Positions 22,316 through 31,694 of a DNA stretch of 64,000 nucleotides are shown here, piece after piece (position 1 is the stretch's first letter; every line of letters begins with the position of its first letter). The stretch lies in NCBI GenBank assembly GCA_965262985.1, contig OZ253576.1, positions 5,641,213-5,705,212 of the forward strand. The letters run 5' to 3'. The stretch comes from Vicinamibacterales bacterium (GTDB lineage: Bacteria > Acidobacteriota > Vicinamibacteria > Vicinamibacterales > UBA8438). A model generated the notes under the pieces. The model was not told the DNA's origin. It searched no databases and worked only from the letters and a program-made list of their open reading frames with translations. The position numbers and the translations under genes are program-made.

Positions 22316-22960
22316 GTGGGTATCCCTATAGAAAAGCAGTTCGTCATCAACGCCGCCCCGCGGGAGGTGTGGGCGTTTCTCACCGATCCGTCCAAGGTGG
22401 CGGGTTGCCTGCCCGGAGCTGCCATCACCGGACAGGTCGACGAGCGCACGCACACCGGTACGATCGCCATCAAGGTGGGGCCGGTCTCGGCCCGTTACAA
22501 GGGGACGGTACGCTTCGAGCGGCTCGACCAGGAGGCGGGCGTGGCCGAGATTGCCGCGGCCGGCCAGGACGTTCGCGGCAAGGGCGGCGCCGACATGCGC
22601 ATGACGAGTCGAATCATCGAGCGCGGCCCCTCTGAAACCGAAGTGACCGTGACGTCGACCGTGAACGTCACCGGCATCCTGGCGCAGTTCGGCCGGGGGA
22701 TGATCCAGGACCTCAGCGACCAGATGTTCCGGCAGTTCACCGATGCGATGCGGGCCGCGCTGGAGTCGGCGCCCGACCGGTCGGTCGCGGACCGCCCGGG
22801 GGCGGAATCTCCCGGCGGCGACGCGATTGACGCGGTTTCTCTCGGCGCCAGGGTTGGCGGGCGCGCGCTTGGTCGAGTAGTGCGGCGGCCGGGCTTCTGG
22901 TTGACCGCCGTTCTCGTGACGGCTGCGATCATCTGGCTGGTATACTCGCGGCTGTCGTGA
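22316..22960 (+). CDS. coxG: CO dehydrogenase subunit G (SRPBCC fold, C-terminal TM anchor)
   Basis: VWAFLTDP..VAGCLPGA, IKVGPVSARYKG, LAQFGRGMI; C-terminal hydrophobic helix. Confidence 0.88.
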   Translation: MGIPIEKQFVINAAPREVWAFLTDPSKVAGCLPGAAITGQVDERTHTGTIAIKVGPVSARYKGTVRFERLDQEAGVAEIAAAGQDVRGKGGADMRMTSRIIERGPSETEVTVTSTVNVTGILAQFGRGMIQDLSDQMFRQFTDAMRAALESAPDRSVADRPGAESPGGDAIDAVSLGARVGGRALGRVVRRPGFWLTAVLVTAAIIWLVYSRLS

Positions 22961-23081
22961 GATCTCCGCGGGAGGGTTCGGGTCCTGTCACCGGCCGGGC
23001 CATCGGTGCTGGCTTGAGCCCAAGCGGTTGGACTCTTACCACGGGCTGCTTCCGCCATAGGGTGGATTAAGGAGCGTCCCA

Positions 23082-23954
23082 ATGATTCCGTCGGCATTCG
23101 ACTACCACGCACCGGGCACGCTCGAGGAAGCGGTGGCGCTGCTCGAACGTCACGGGGACGAGGCGAAGGTGCTGTCCGGCGGCCAGAGCCTCCTGCCGCT
23201 GCTCAAGCTCCGGCTCGGTGACGCCGGCCACCTGGTGGACATCGGGCGAATCCCGGGGCTCACGGGCATCACGGAGGCGGACGGCTACCTGAGAATCGGC
23301 GGCGCTACGCGCGAAGCCGATCTGGAACGCTCGGATCTCGTTCGCGAGAAGTACCCGATCCTGCTGGACACCGCCGCCGTCATTGCAGACCCGCTGGTGC
23401 GCAACCGCGCCACGGTGGGCGGCAACCTGGCCCACGGCGACCCGGCCAACGACCACCCGGCGACGATGCTCGCGCTAGAGGCGGATGTGGTGGCGCGGGG
23501 TCCCGACGGCGAGCGCACCATCCCGATCACGCGCTTCTTCACCGGGCTCTTCGCCACCGCGCTCGCGCCAACGGAAATCCTCACCGAGATCAGAATCCCC
23601 ATCCCTCCGCCGCGAAGCGGCGGCGCCTACGTCAAGCTCGAGCGCAAGGTGGGGGACTTTGCCACCGCCGCCACGGCGGTGCAGGTCACCCTCGGCGGGC
23701 AGGGCGAGATTACGCGTATCGGGATCGGCCTCACCAACGCCGGCCCGACGCCGATCAAGGCGACAGCGGCAGAAGCGTATCTGCTGGGGCTACGGCCGAA
23801 CGCGGAGGTCGTCGCCGAGGCCGCACGGCTGGCCGCGGACGCCGCGTCACCGAGCGCCGACCGGCGCGGGTCGACGGAGTACAAGCGCGACATGGCGCGC
23901 GTGCTGACCGGCCGGGCGATCAACAGGGCGGTGCAGCGGGCGGGAGGGCAGTAG
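23082..23954 (+). CDS. coxM: Aerobic CO dehydrogenase medium (FAD) subunit
   Basis: [38 protein letters not shown]; RBS AAGGAG. Confidence 0.95.
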   Translation: MIPSAFDYHAPGTLEEAVALLERHGDEAKVLSGGQSLLPLLKLRLGDAGHLVDIGRIPGLTGITEADGYLRIGGATREADLERSDLVREKYPILLDTAAVIADPLVRNRATVGGNLAHGDPANDHPATMLALEADVVARGPDGERTIPITRFFTGLFATALAPTEILTEIRIPIPPPRSGGAYVKLERKVGDFATAATAVQVTLGGQGEITRIGIGLTNAGPTPIKATAAEAYLLGLRPNAEVVAEAARLAADAASPSADRRGSTEYKRDMARVLTGRAINRAVQRAGGQ

Positions 23955-23956
23955 GC

Positions 23957-24427
23957 ATGGCGACACATGACGTTCGGATCACCGTGAACGGGGCGCCGCA
24001 GGACGCCGCGGTCGAGTCGCGCCTGCTGCTCGTGCACTGGCTGCGCGACGTGCTGCGCCTCACCGGGACCCATATCGGATGCGACACGACGCACTGCGGA
24101 GCGTGCACGGTGTTGCTGGACGGCGAGCCCGTCAAGTCGTGCACCGTGCTCGCCGTGCAGGCCGATGGCCGGGAAGTGATGACGGTGGAGGGCCTGGAGC
24201 AGGACGGAACGCTGCATCCGCTGCAGGAAGGGTTCCATCAGGAACACGGGCTGCAATGCGGCTTCTGCACGCCGGGCATGCTGATGACCGGGTCGGCCCT
24301 GCTCCAGCGGACCCCGAATCCGAGCGAGGCGGAGATCCGGCAGGCGATTTCCGGGAACCTGTGTCGCTGCACCGGCTACGTGAACATCGTCAAGTCGATC
24401 GAATACGCGGCCGACAAGCTGCGCTAG
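23957..24427 (+). CDS. coxS: Aerobic CO dehydrogenase small (2x[2Fe-2S]) subunit
   Basis: [31 protein letters not shown]. Confidence 0.95.
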   Translation: MATHDVRITVNGAPQDAAVESRLLLVHWLRDVLRLTGTHIGCDTTHCGACTVLLDGEPVKSCTVLAVQADGREVMTVEGLEQDGTLHPLQEGFHQEHGLQCGFCTPGMLMTGSALLQRTPNPSEAEIRQAISGNLCRCTGYVNIVKSIEYAADKLR

Positions 24428-24604
24428 CAGTCCGTGGTGAAACCCCGCGTTGCACCGAGATTGGCGGTGCGCCCGCTGGGCAAGGCGAGAAGAGGGAAAA
24501 TACCTGTAGGGGCAACCCTTGTGGTTGCCCTGTTCGTCAGCCGGAACAACGCGGCGCAGCGGGATGCAGCGCCGATCGAATACGCGGCCGACAAGCTGCG
24601 CTAG
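24396..24604. repeat. 32-bp perfect direct repeat of the coxS 3' end flanking a 145-bp insert
   Basis: cgatcgaatacgcggccgacaagctgcgctag at 24396-24427 and 24573-24604. The insert carries a REP at 24506-24530. Confidence 0.9.
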
Positions 24605-24616
24605 GGGATAGAGACC

Positions 24617-26983
24617 ATGGCACCCCAGACGACGGCGGAAGTGTGCGGCATGGGCCACTCGATGAAGCGCAAGGAGGATCCGCGCTTCATCCGCGGCCAA
24701 GGCAACTTCGTGGACGACATCCAGCTTCCGGGCATGCTCTACCTGGACATCGTCCGCAGCCCGTTCGCGCACGCCAAAATCACGTCCATCGACACCGAGA
24801 ACGCGCTCAAGATCCCCGGGGTGCTGGCCGTCATCACCGGCGAGACCCTCAAGCAGTACAACCTGCACTGGATGCCGACCCTGATGTCCGACACCCAGAT
24901 GGTGCTGCCGACCGAAAAGGTCATGTATCAGGCGCAGGAAGTGGCGGCGGTGATCGCGACGGACCGCTACGCGGCGGCCGACGGGGTCGAGGCGGTGCAG
25001 GTCGAGTACGACCCGCTGCCGGTCGTCGTCGATCCGTTCAAGGCGCTCGAGCCGGACGCGCCGGTGCTGCGCACGGACAAGGAGGGCAAGAAGGACAATC
25101 ACATCTTCCACTGGGAAGTGGGCGACCGGGCCGCGACCGAGCGCGCCCTCGCCGGCGCCGACGTCGTCGTCAAGCAGGATCTGTACATTCCGCGCATCCA
25201 CGTCGCGTCCATCGAGACCTGCGGATGCGTCGCGGACTTCGACCGGGTCATGGGGAAGCTCAAGGTCTACATGACCACCCAGGCGCCGCACGCCGTTCGC
25301 ACCGTGCTGGCCCTGGTGGCCGGGCACGTCGGGCTGTCGGAAGAGAAGATCCAGGTCATCTCGCCGGACATCGGCGGCGGGTTCGGCGGCAAGGTGCCCG
25401 TCTATCCGGGGTACGTGATCGCCATCGCCGCGTCGGTCGTCGTCGGCAAGCCCGTCAAGTGGATCGAAGACCGGATGGAGAACCTGCAGGCCGACTCGTT
25501 CGCGCGCGACTACCACCTGACGGCCGAACTCGGGGCCACGAAGGACGGCACGCTCACCGCGCTGAAGATCAAGACGCTGGCCGACCACGGCTATACGGAC
25601 GCCGCCGCGAACCCGTCGAAGTTTCCCGCCGGCCTGTTCTCGATCGTCACCGGGTCATACGACCTGAAGCACGCCTTCGCAGAGGTGGACGGCGTGTACA
25701 CGAACAAGCCGCCGGGCGGCATCGCCTACCGCTGCTCGTTCCGCGTGACCGAGGCGGTCCACACCATCGAGCGGCTGACCGACATCATGGCCCAGAAGCT
25801 CGACATGGACCCGGCCGCGCTGCGCCTCAAGAACTTCATCCCCGCCGACAAGTTCCCCTACAAGTCGGTGTTGGGCTGGGAGTACGACAGTGGCGACTAC
25901 CACGGCGCCCTCGAGAAGGCGATGGACCGGATCGGGTACGCCGAGTTGCGCAAGGAGCAGGCCGAGAAGCGGGCGCGGGGCGAGCTGATGGGCATCGGCA
26001 TCTCGAGCTTCACCGAGATCGTCGGCGCCGGGCCATCGAAGCACTTCGACATCCTCGGTCTCAAGATGTTCGACTCGTGCGAGATCCGGGTCCATCCCAC
26101 CGGCAAGGCGACCGCCCGTTTCGGCACCAAGTCCCAGGGCCAGGGCCACGAGACCACCTACGCGCAGATACTCGCCGAAGAGCTGGGCATTCCCGCCGCC
26201 CACATCCAGGTCGAAGAGGGAGACACCGACACCGCGCCCTATGGGCTGGGCACCTACGCCAGCCGCTCGACGCCGACGGCCGGTGCGGCCGGGGCGATGG
26301 CGGCGCGCAAGGTCCGCGACAAGGCGAAGAAGATCGCCGCCTACCTGCTGGAAGTGAGCGAGGACGACCTGGAATGGACGCCGGGCACCTTCTCGGTCAA
26401 GGGCGCGCCGCAGAAATCGAAGACGATCCAGGACATCGCCTTCGCCGCCTACACCAACCACCCGCCCGGCATGGAGGGCGGCCTCGAGGCGGTCTCGTAC
26501 TACGATCCGCCGAACCTGACGTTCCCCTTCGGCAGCTACATCTGCGTCGTCGACATCGACCGCGGCACGGGAGAAGTGAAGATACGCCGCTTCGTGGCGG
26601 TGGACGACTGCGGCAACATCATCAACCCGATGATCGTCGACGGGCAGATTCACGGCGGCCTAACGATGGGCATGGCGCCCGCGCTGCTCGAGGAGATCAG
26701 CTACGACGAGAGCGGCAACATTCAGGGCGGGAGCTTCATGGACTACCTGGTCCCCACCGCCATGGAGACCCCCAAGTGGGAGACCGACAGGACCGTGACC
26801 CCGTCGCCGCACCATCCGCTGGGCGCGAAGGGCGTCGGCGAGTCGGCCACCGTCGGCGCGCCCCCGGCGATCGCCAACGCCGTCGTGGATGCACTGGCGC
26901 ATCTCGGCGTGCAGCACATCGACATTCCGATCACGCCCGAAAAGGTATGGAAGATTCTGAAGGACGCGGGCGCCGGCCTCTAA
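24617..26983 (+). CDS. coxL: Aerobic CO dehydrogenase large subunit, form I
   Basis: Active-site motif AYRCSFR, M-S-L gene order, and cox accessory genes alongside. Confidence 0.96.
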   Translation: MAPQTTAEVCGMGHSMKRKEDPRFIRGQGNFVDDIQLPGMLYLDIVRSPFAHAKITSIDTENALKIPGVLAVITGETLKQYNLHWMPTLMSDTQMVLPTEKVMYQAQEVAAVIATDRYAAADGVEAVQVEYDPLPVVVDPFKALEPDAPVLRTDKEGKKDNHIFHWEVGDRAATERALAGADVVVKQDLYIPRIHVASIETCGCVADFDRVMGKLKVYMTTQAPHAVRTVLALVAGHVGLSEEKIQVISPDIGGGFGGKVPVYPGYVIAIAASVVVGKPVKWIEDRMENLQADSFARDYHLTAELGATKDGTLTALKIKTLADHGYTDAAANPSKFPAGLFSIVTGSYDLKHAFAEVDGVYTNKPPGGIAYRCSFRVTEAVHTIERLTDIMAQKLDMDPAALRLKNFIPADKFPYKSVLGWEYDSGDYHGALEKAMDRIGYAELRKEQAEKRARGELMGIGISSFTEIVGAGPSKHFDILGLKMFDSCEIRVHPTGKATARFGTKSQGQGHETTYAQILAEELGIPAAHIQVEEGDTDTAPYGLGTYASRSTPTAGAAGAMAARKVRDKAKKIAAYLLEVSEDDLEWTPGTFSVKGAPQKSKTIQDIAFAAYTNHPPGMEGGLEAVSYYDPPNLTFPFGSYICVVDIDRGTGEVKIRRFVAVDDCGNIINPMIVDGQIHGGLTMGMAPALLEEISYDESGNIQGGSFMDYLVPTAMETPKWETDRTVTPSPHHPLGAKGVGESATVGAPPAIANAVVDALAHLGVQHIDIPITPEKVWKILKDAGAGL

Positions 26984-27107
26984 CGGCTCCTTTCGAGCGC
27001 GAGCACCGTCAGGTGCTACGAGCCAGGGCGGTGGGACGAGCCGGGGCCGCGCACCCCTCTTGACGCTTGGTGATTCTGGTCTCATTCATGTGATGACTTT
27101 ATCCTCA

Positions 27108-27226
27108 GTCGCGGCGCGTCGACCACGGACGTCATGCTCGCCGGCAACTGGAAGAGCTCGAGGATGGTCGCGCACTACTCCGCCGGAGCGACCGCTGAAC
27201 GCGGCGCCGTGGCCCTCTACCTGCTA
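27108..27226 (+). pseudogene. C-terminal fragment of a tyrosine recombinase (Cre/XerD-like box II)
   Basis: GASTTDVMLAGNWKSSRMVAHYS resembles box II (IMxAGxWxSxxMVxxY). It lies right after coxL, at the island edge. Confidence 0.6.
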
Positions 27227-27523
27227 GACTTTCCCAGGCTCGGCCGCGTTCACCCTGGCGGCGATCAAGCGAGAGCAGGGGAGCGCCACCCAGCCGCCAG
27301 CGCGTGTCCGACGAATAGATCTGCCGCCGACCCGCGGTCCTGGTAGCCGCCGCGAGCCACGTAAGGCCGATAATAGAAGAGGACGCAACAGCGACGCGAC
27401 GGCCGGAAGAGACTTGGCGAGCCTGCTCGACCAACGCTGCTATCCAACCACAGGTTGATGGTGATCGGCGCGCCGGGCTGATCGGCGTAGCGTGGCAGGC
27501 AAGACTCGGATGGAGCCGGATTT

Positions 27524-28681
27524 ATGACGACCCTGGACAAGTCCACGGGGGCAGAAGTCGAGGTGCGGGAAGAGTACTTCGAGAGCCAGGCAACGGGCGT
27601 CGAGCTCGAAGACGCAGACTCGCCACAGCCCGACGAGCCGGAGCCCTGGGATCCGGAGAAGATTCGGATTCACACGAAGCACTACTCGTTGCGCCAACTG
27701 GTCGACATGATCGCTGACGGTGACATCGATCTAGCCCCGGACTTTCAACGTCATTACGTCTGGAAATCTCGGCAGCGTTGGGGCCTCATCGAGTCGCTCC
27801 TGCTGGGAATCCCGCTGCCTTCGTTCTACTTCAACGAGAACACCTCGGGTCGGCTCCAGGTGGTCGACGGGGTCCAGCGCCTGACGACGATCTTCCAGTA
27901 TGTGAAAGAGACGGGCTTCAAGCTAGGCGGCGTGACCTACCTCCATGATCTGGAAGGCCAGGGATTCGAAGATCTGGCGGCGATGTTTCGCCGCCGGCTT
28001 AACAATGCGCAGTTCGTGGCCCATGTAATCGATCCGCAGACGCCCTACCGAGTGAAGTTCGACATTTTCCGTCGCATCAATACAGGAGGAAGTCCGCTCA
28101 GTGCCCAGGAGATCCGCCACTGCATGAGCGGTGCAAGGTCGCGCCAGTTTCTGAAGGAGTTGGCAACCGACGAGAGCTTCTCGACCGCTACGGGAAATGC
28201 GCTCAGGGACCATCCGCGGATGGCGGACCGGGAGGTGGCATTACGATTCGTCGGCTTCCGGCTATTTACGCCTGATGAGTACGCCCAGCATGGCAGCTTC
28301 GACGAGTTCCTGGGGGCCGTGACAAAGCAACTCGACAACCCGGCCGGCCAGAGTCTCAACAAACTTCGTGCCGACTTCGTCCGCGGCATGACCAACTCCT
28401 ACGCAGTGTTTGGCGAGCACGCTTTCCGCAAGTGGCCATGTGACGCCGAGCGGCGTAACCCGATCAACCGGGCATTGTTCGAAAGCTGGGGGACCGTGCT
28501 GGCTGATCATGACGAAACCACGGTCCGGGCGGGAAAAGAGGAGTTAGTCAAGCGGGCGCGCGAGATGATGACCAACGACTACGAGTTCATCAGAGCCATC
28601 AGCGGCAGTACTGGTGATGTCCGCAATGTCCGGACCCGGATCCTTAGCGTACGCGATGCGGCGCAGGAGGTGCTCGGGTGA
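27524..28681 (+). CDS. nsnA: DUF262 (ParB-like) protein, Menshen NsnA-like
   Basis: PDFQRHYVW, LIESLLLGIPLP, VVDGVQRLTT, FRRINTGG.PLSAQEIR; followed by an AAA/DUF3696 gene. Confidence 0.8.
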   Translation: MTTLDKSTGAEVEVREEYFESQATGVELEDADSPQPDEPEPWDPEKIRIHTKHYSLRQLVDMIADGDIDLAPDFQRHYVWKSRQRWGLIESLLLGIPLPSFYFNENTSGRLQVVDGVQRLTTIFQYVKETGFKLGGVTYLHDLEGQGFEDLAAMFRRRLNNAQFVAHVIDPQTPYRVKFDIFRRINTGGSPLSAQEIRHCMSGARSRQFLKELATDESFSTATGNALRDHPRMADREVALRFVGFRLFTPDEYAQHGSFDEFLGAVTKQLDNPAGQSLNKLRADFVRGMTNSYAVFGEHAFRKWPCDAERRNPINRALFESWGTVLADHDETTVRAGKEELVKRAREMMTNDYEFIRAISGSTGDVRNVRTRILSVRDAAQEVLG

Positions 28682-29802
28682 TCGCTGAGATCCGGCTTGA
28701 GAATTTCAAACGGTTTCACGATTTGAGTCTGAGGACCGCCGACCTCACAGTCTTGACAGGTGCCAATGGCGCCGGCAAGACATCCGTCCTGCATTCGCTC
28801 CTGCTGGCCCGGCAGATGACGAGGCAATCTCAGCAGAGCCACGTCGAGTTGAACGGCGTCGACACCCTGGAGTTGGGCGGGGCCGAAGACGTCATCCATC
28901 GCGAAGCTGGCGATGAGCTTGCGGCCATCGAAGTCCTCGATACCGAGGGCAAACGTTGGCGCTGGTCGTTTCGTGCCCCCGCAAACAAGCGGACACTGAA
29001 CGCGGATGTTGTAGACAAGCCTGTTGGCTACACGGGGGCACTCGCCGAACCTCCGCCGTGGTTCACCTATTTGTGCGCGGAGCGGCTGGGGCCGCGCGAC
29101 GTGCTCAGCGCCAGTGCCGCCGATGTAGGCGAACTCGGTGTCGGTTCGCGCGGCGAGTTCGTGGCGCAGGTTCTGGACTCCTTCGGTCGGTCGCGCGTAA
29201 GAAATGGCCGGCTGGCGGTTAACACAACGGAGACGACGCTCTCCGGTCTGCTACATCAGACTGAGAGCTGGATGGGCAAGATCGTTCGTCCGACCCAGAT
29301 CGATGCGGAATGGTTTCCAAACACGTCGGTCACCCACCTGCGTTTCAAGACCCCGGGCCTTCGAACCGAGTGGACGCGTGCGCCTAACGCTGGCTTCGGC
29401 ATCTCGTATGCGCTGCCGATTATCGTCGCGGCGCTCCGGGCTGAATCTGGTGGACTGTTGCTTGTGGAGAACCCGGAGGCCCACCTGCACCCGGCCGGTC
29501 AGTCCGCTATCGGCGGTTTTCTGGCGCGTGTGGCTGGAGATGGCGTGCAGGTTTTCGTCGAGACCCACAGCGACCACGTGCTGAACGGCATCCGCGTAGC
29601 CGTCGCCGAGGGCACGGCTGCACTGAAGCCCGAACAGGCTGCAATCTGTTTCTTCCGAGCCGAGGATGAGGGGGGCCAGACCGTTGAGTCGATGGAGTTG
29701 CGGCGAACCGGCGAACTCACAACCTGGCCCGCCGGATTCTTCGACCAGACCCAGATCGACCTCGCGGCGCTGGCCGCCAGACGGCGCCGACGACAACCGT
29801 GA
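28678..29802 (+). CDS. nsnB: AAA ATPase with DUF3696, Menshen NsnB-like
   Basis: TGANGAGKTS, YLCAERLGP, NAGFGISYALP, ENPEAHLHPAGQ, ETHSDHVLNG, WPAGFFDQ. Confidence 0.82.
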   Translation: MIAEIRLENFKRFHDLSLRTADLTVLTGANGAGKTSVLHSLLLARQMTRQSQQSHVELNGVDTLELGGAEDVIHREAGDELAAIEVLDTEGKRWRWSFRAPANKRTLNADVVDKPVGYTGALAEPPPWFTYLCAERLGPRDVLSASAADVGELGVGSRGEFVAQVLDSFGRSRVRNGRLAVNTTETTLSGLLHQTESWMGKIVRPTQIDAEWFPNTSVTHLRFKTPGLRTEWTRAPNAGFGISYALPIIVAALRAESGGLLLVENPEAHLHPAGQSAIGGFLARVAGDGVQVFVETHSDHVLNGIRVAVAEGTAALKPEQAAICFFRAEDEGGQTVESMELRRTGELTTWPAGFFDQTQIDLAALAARRRRRQP

Positions 29803-30782
29803 CCGGCCGTTTCGTGCTCGACGAATCGTCGTGGGCCGGGGCGACCGAGGCCAGCTTGGTCGGGGCGCTGGCTGATGCGATCGAACGCCTACTCGAGCGC
29901 CTTGACGCGGCCCGCGCTCGCGGCGAAGGCGTCGTCAAGCACGAGAACTACTACGAGACCGATCTCGGAGGCGGCGTTCGACTCTATGAGGCGCTGTTCA
30001 ATCGGCCCTGCCCTGTACGCCTTGATCGTGACCTCACCACCCGGCTGTTCATGGCGCTCGACCGGGCCAACGCGTTCGACGACTCCCATCTGACCCAATA
30101 CGATGCTGAATTCCACGGGGATGTCCGGTTCGCCCCTGGAGTCGTATGGGCACACACGTCGTGCCGAGAGGGCCGTTACGTAGCGGTCCTTCCGCTGCCG
30201 CTCGAAGACGTGCCGGTTGGGCAAGTGCCGGTTACGATGGGCGACGCTACCCTGAACGTCGTTTTCGTAGAGGACGAATCCCAGCACGTCGCTTTTTTTC
30301 GGTCGCTCATCGCGCTCGAACACGCCGACAAGACGAAGTTCGAGCGTCTCGCGCGGTCTGCCTTTCCGGCGCTCGACTGGGCCGACAACGTCTGGAGCGG
30401 TCTCGGGCACTTGAGCCGCCCGTACATCGAAGTCCGAGACAAGCTGGTCCGCTGTCTAGGTGGCCTCAGCGATCACGGTGCGGCGTGCTTCCACGAGTTT
30501 CGGGCCGGCGACCCGCATCAACTGGCGAGCAGGTTGTCGGCCAAGATCGGCGCGGAAACCTCGGATGAGAATGGCGCTACCAAGCAGTATCCTCAGTCAA
30601 AGCGCGACCGTACTCGGAGCCATCGCGGCATCGACAAGGTGTTCTGGTGGCACGTCAAGCTGCGACCGCACGTGGACCGGATCCACTTCCTGTATGAGCC
30701 GTCGCGCGGGAGCGGTCCCAGACCCCGCGAGAGCCGCATCGTCGTGGGCCTGTTCACGGCCCACTGCGTCCTGCCGAACTGA
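29799..30782 (+). CDS. nsnC: Hypothetical effector, Menshen NsnC position
   Basis: Third coupled gene of the module; C-terminal WHVKL...RIHFLY motif (RelE-like RNase by inference). Confidence 0.6.
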   Translation: MTGRFVLDESSWAGATEASLVGALADAIERLLERLDAARARGEGVVKHENYYETDLGGGVRLYEALFNRPCPVRLDRDLTTRLFMALDRANAFDDSHLTQYDAEFHGDVRFAPGVVWAHTSCREGRYVAVLPLPLEDVPVGQVPVTMGDATLNVVFVEDESQHVAFFRSLIALEHADKTKFERLARSAFPALDWADNVWSGLGHLSRPYIEVRDKLVRCLGGLSDHGAACFHEFRAGDPHQLASRLSAKIGAETSDENGATKQYPQSKRDRTRSHRGIDKVFWWHVKLRPHVDRIHFLYEPSRGSGPRPRESRIVVGLFTAHCVLPN

Positions 30783-30864
30783 GTCGACAGCATCGCGTCA
30801 GGAGCGGTTCGGCGCGCGAGTCCGTTCTGGCGCGCCGTCGGCAATGCTGACGGCGTGTTCGAGT

Positions 30865-31053
30865 ATGCCCCATGAAGTGGACGGTGTGGGGTTGAAGGAT
30901 TGACAGGGCGTTGGCATATTCGGAGGGACACCCATGGCCCGACACCGCACCTACAGCATCGAGTTCAAGCGCCAGATGGCGCAGGAGTTCCTCGCCGAAT
31001 ATGGCCGGGTTTGCGGTGTCCACTAATGGCCGAATTTGACCCGTCCGCCGAGG
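30865..31053 (+). mobile_element. IS3 left-end/orfA remnant fused to a probable IS21-type end
   Basis: tgccccatgaagtggac end, then MARHRTYSIEFKRQMAQEFL; followed by gtgtccactaatggccgaattt...ccgccgagg. Confidence 0.5.
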
Positions 31054-31191
31054 CACGTTGTTGGCCAGTTGTGCCGGGTCCGCCGCGTACTGTTCGACCT
31101 TGGCGACGATCCGCGTGCGGACCGGGGCGGCGAGGCGACGCATGTCTTTCACGGCCTTGGTCGCCCACTCGATCTTCCCGACCGCCTTCAC
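31054..31191 (-). pseudogene. N-terminal fragment of a RelE/HigB-type toxin
   Basis: KIEWATKAVKDMRRL...RTRIVAKVEQYAADPAQLANNV, cut by IS debris. Confidence 0.65.
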
Positions 31192-31694
31192 ACATGGATG
31201 TTCTCAAATAGCGAACACCCTGTGGAGTCGTTTCGCTGGAGCACCTCGAGCGCTGGAATGCCCCCTGGTGGGCGGCGTTCGTGTCGTGGGTGATGTGCGA
31301 AGCGGGTCTCGGCAGCACGACCCAGTTCCGGCGGGTTGTGGCTCACCATTCGTACATCAACCAAGCCGTTCGCGCTCGTGACGGGCACGGCTCGGAGGCG
31401 GAGGGGCGCGTCCCGGTGATCCGCGGGAACGTACGCGGGACCGTCAGCCTGAAGCTCTTCCCGGCGGACCGCGGAGCGGGCGGACCGCTACGGCTCACGA
31501 GAACGGCAGACGCGGATCGGCCAGGACGGCGAACGCCTCGGGCCACGGCCCGCGGTCACCCGCGCGGGATCGGACAACCATGTTGGTGAAGAAGCTCGAC
31601 CGGTGCCGCTCGAAGCCATGAGCAGTGAGGTCACACTTGACAACAAATCTGTTTGCAAACATTATTGCTGGCAACAAAAACGTTGGGAGCGATA

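Noticed and set aside
22960-23050. tRNA-like ggttcgggtcc near the end of coxG
   Set aside because: No acceptor, D or anticodon stems can be built. No tRNA or rRNA was recognised anywhere in the window.
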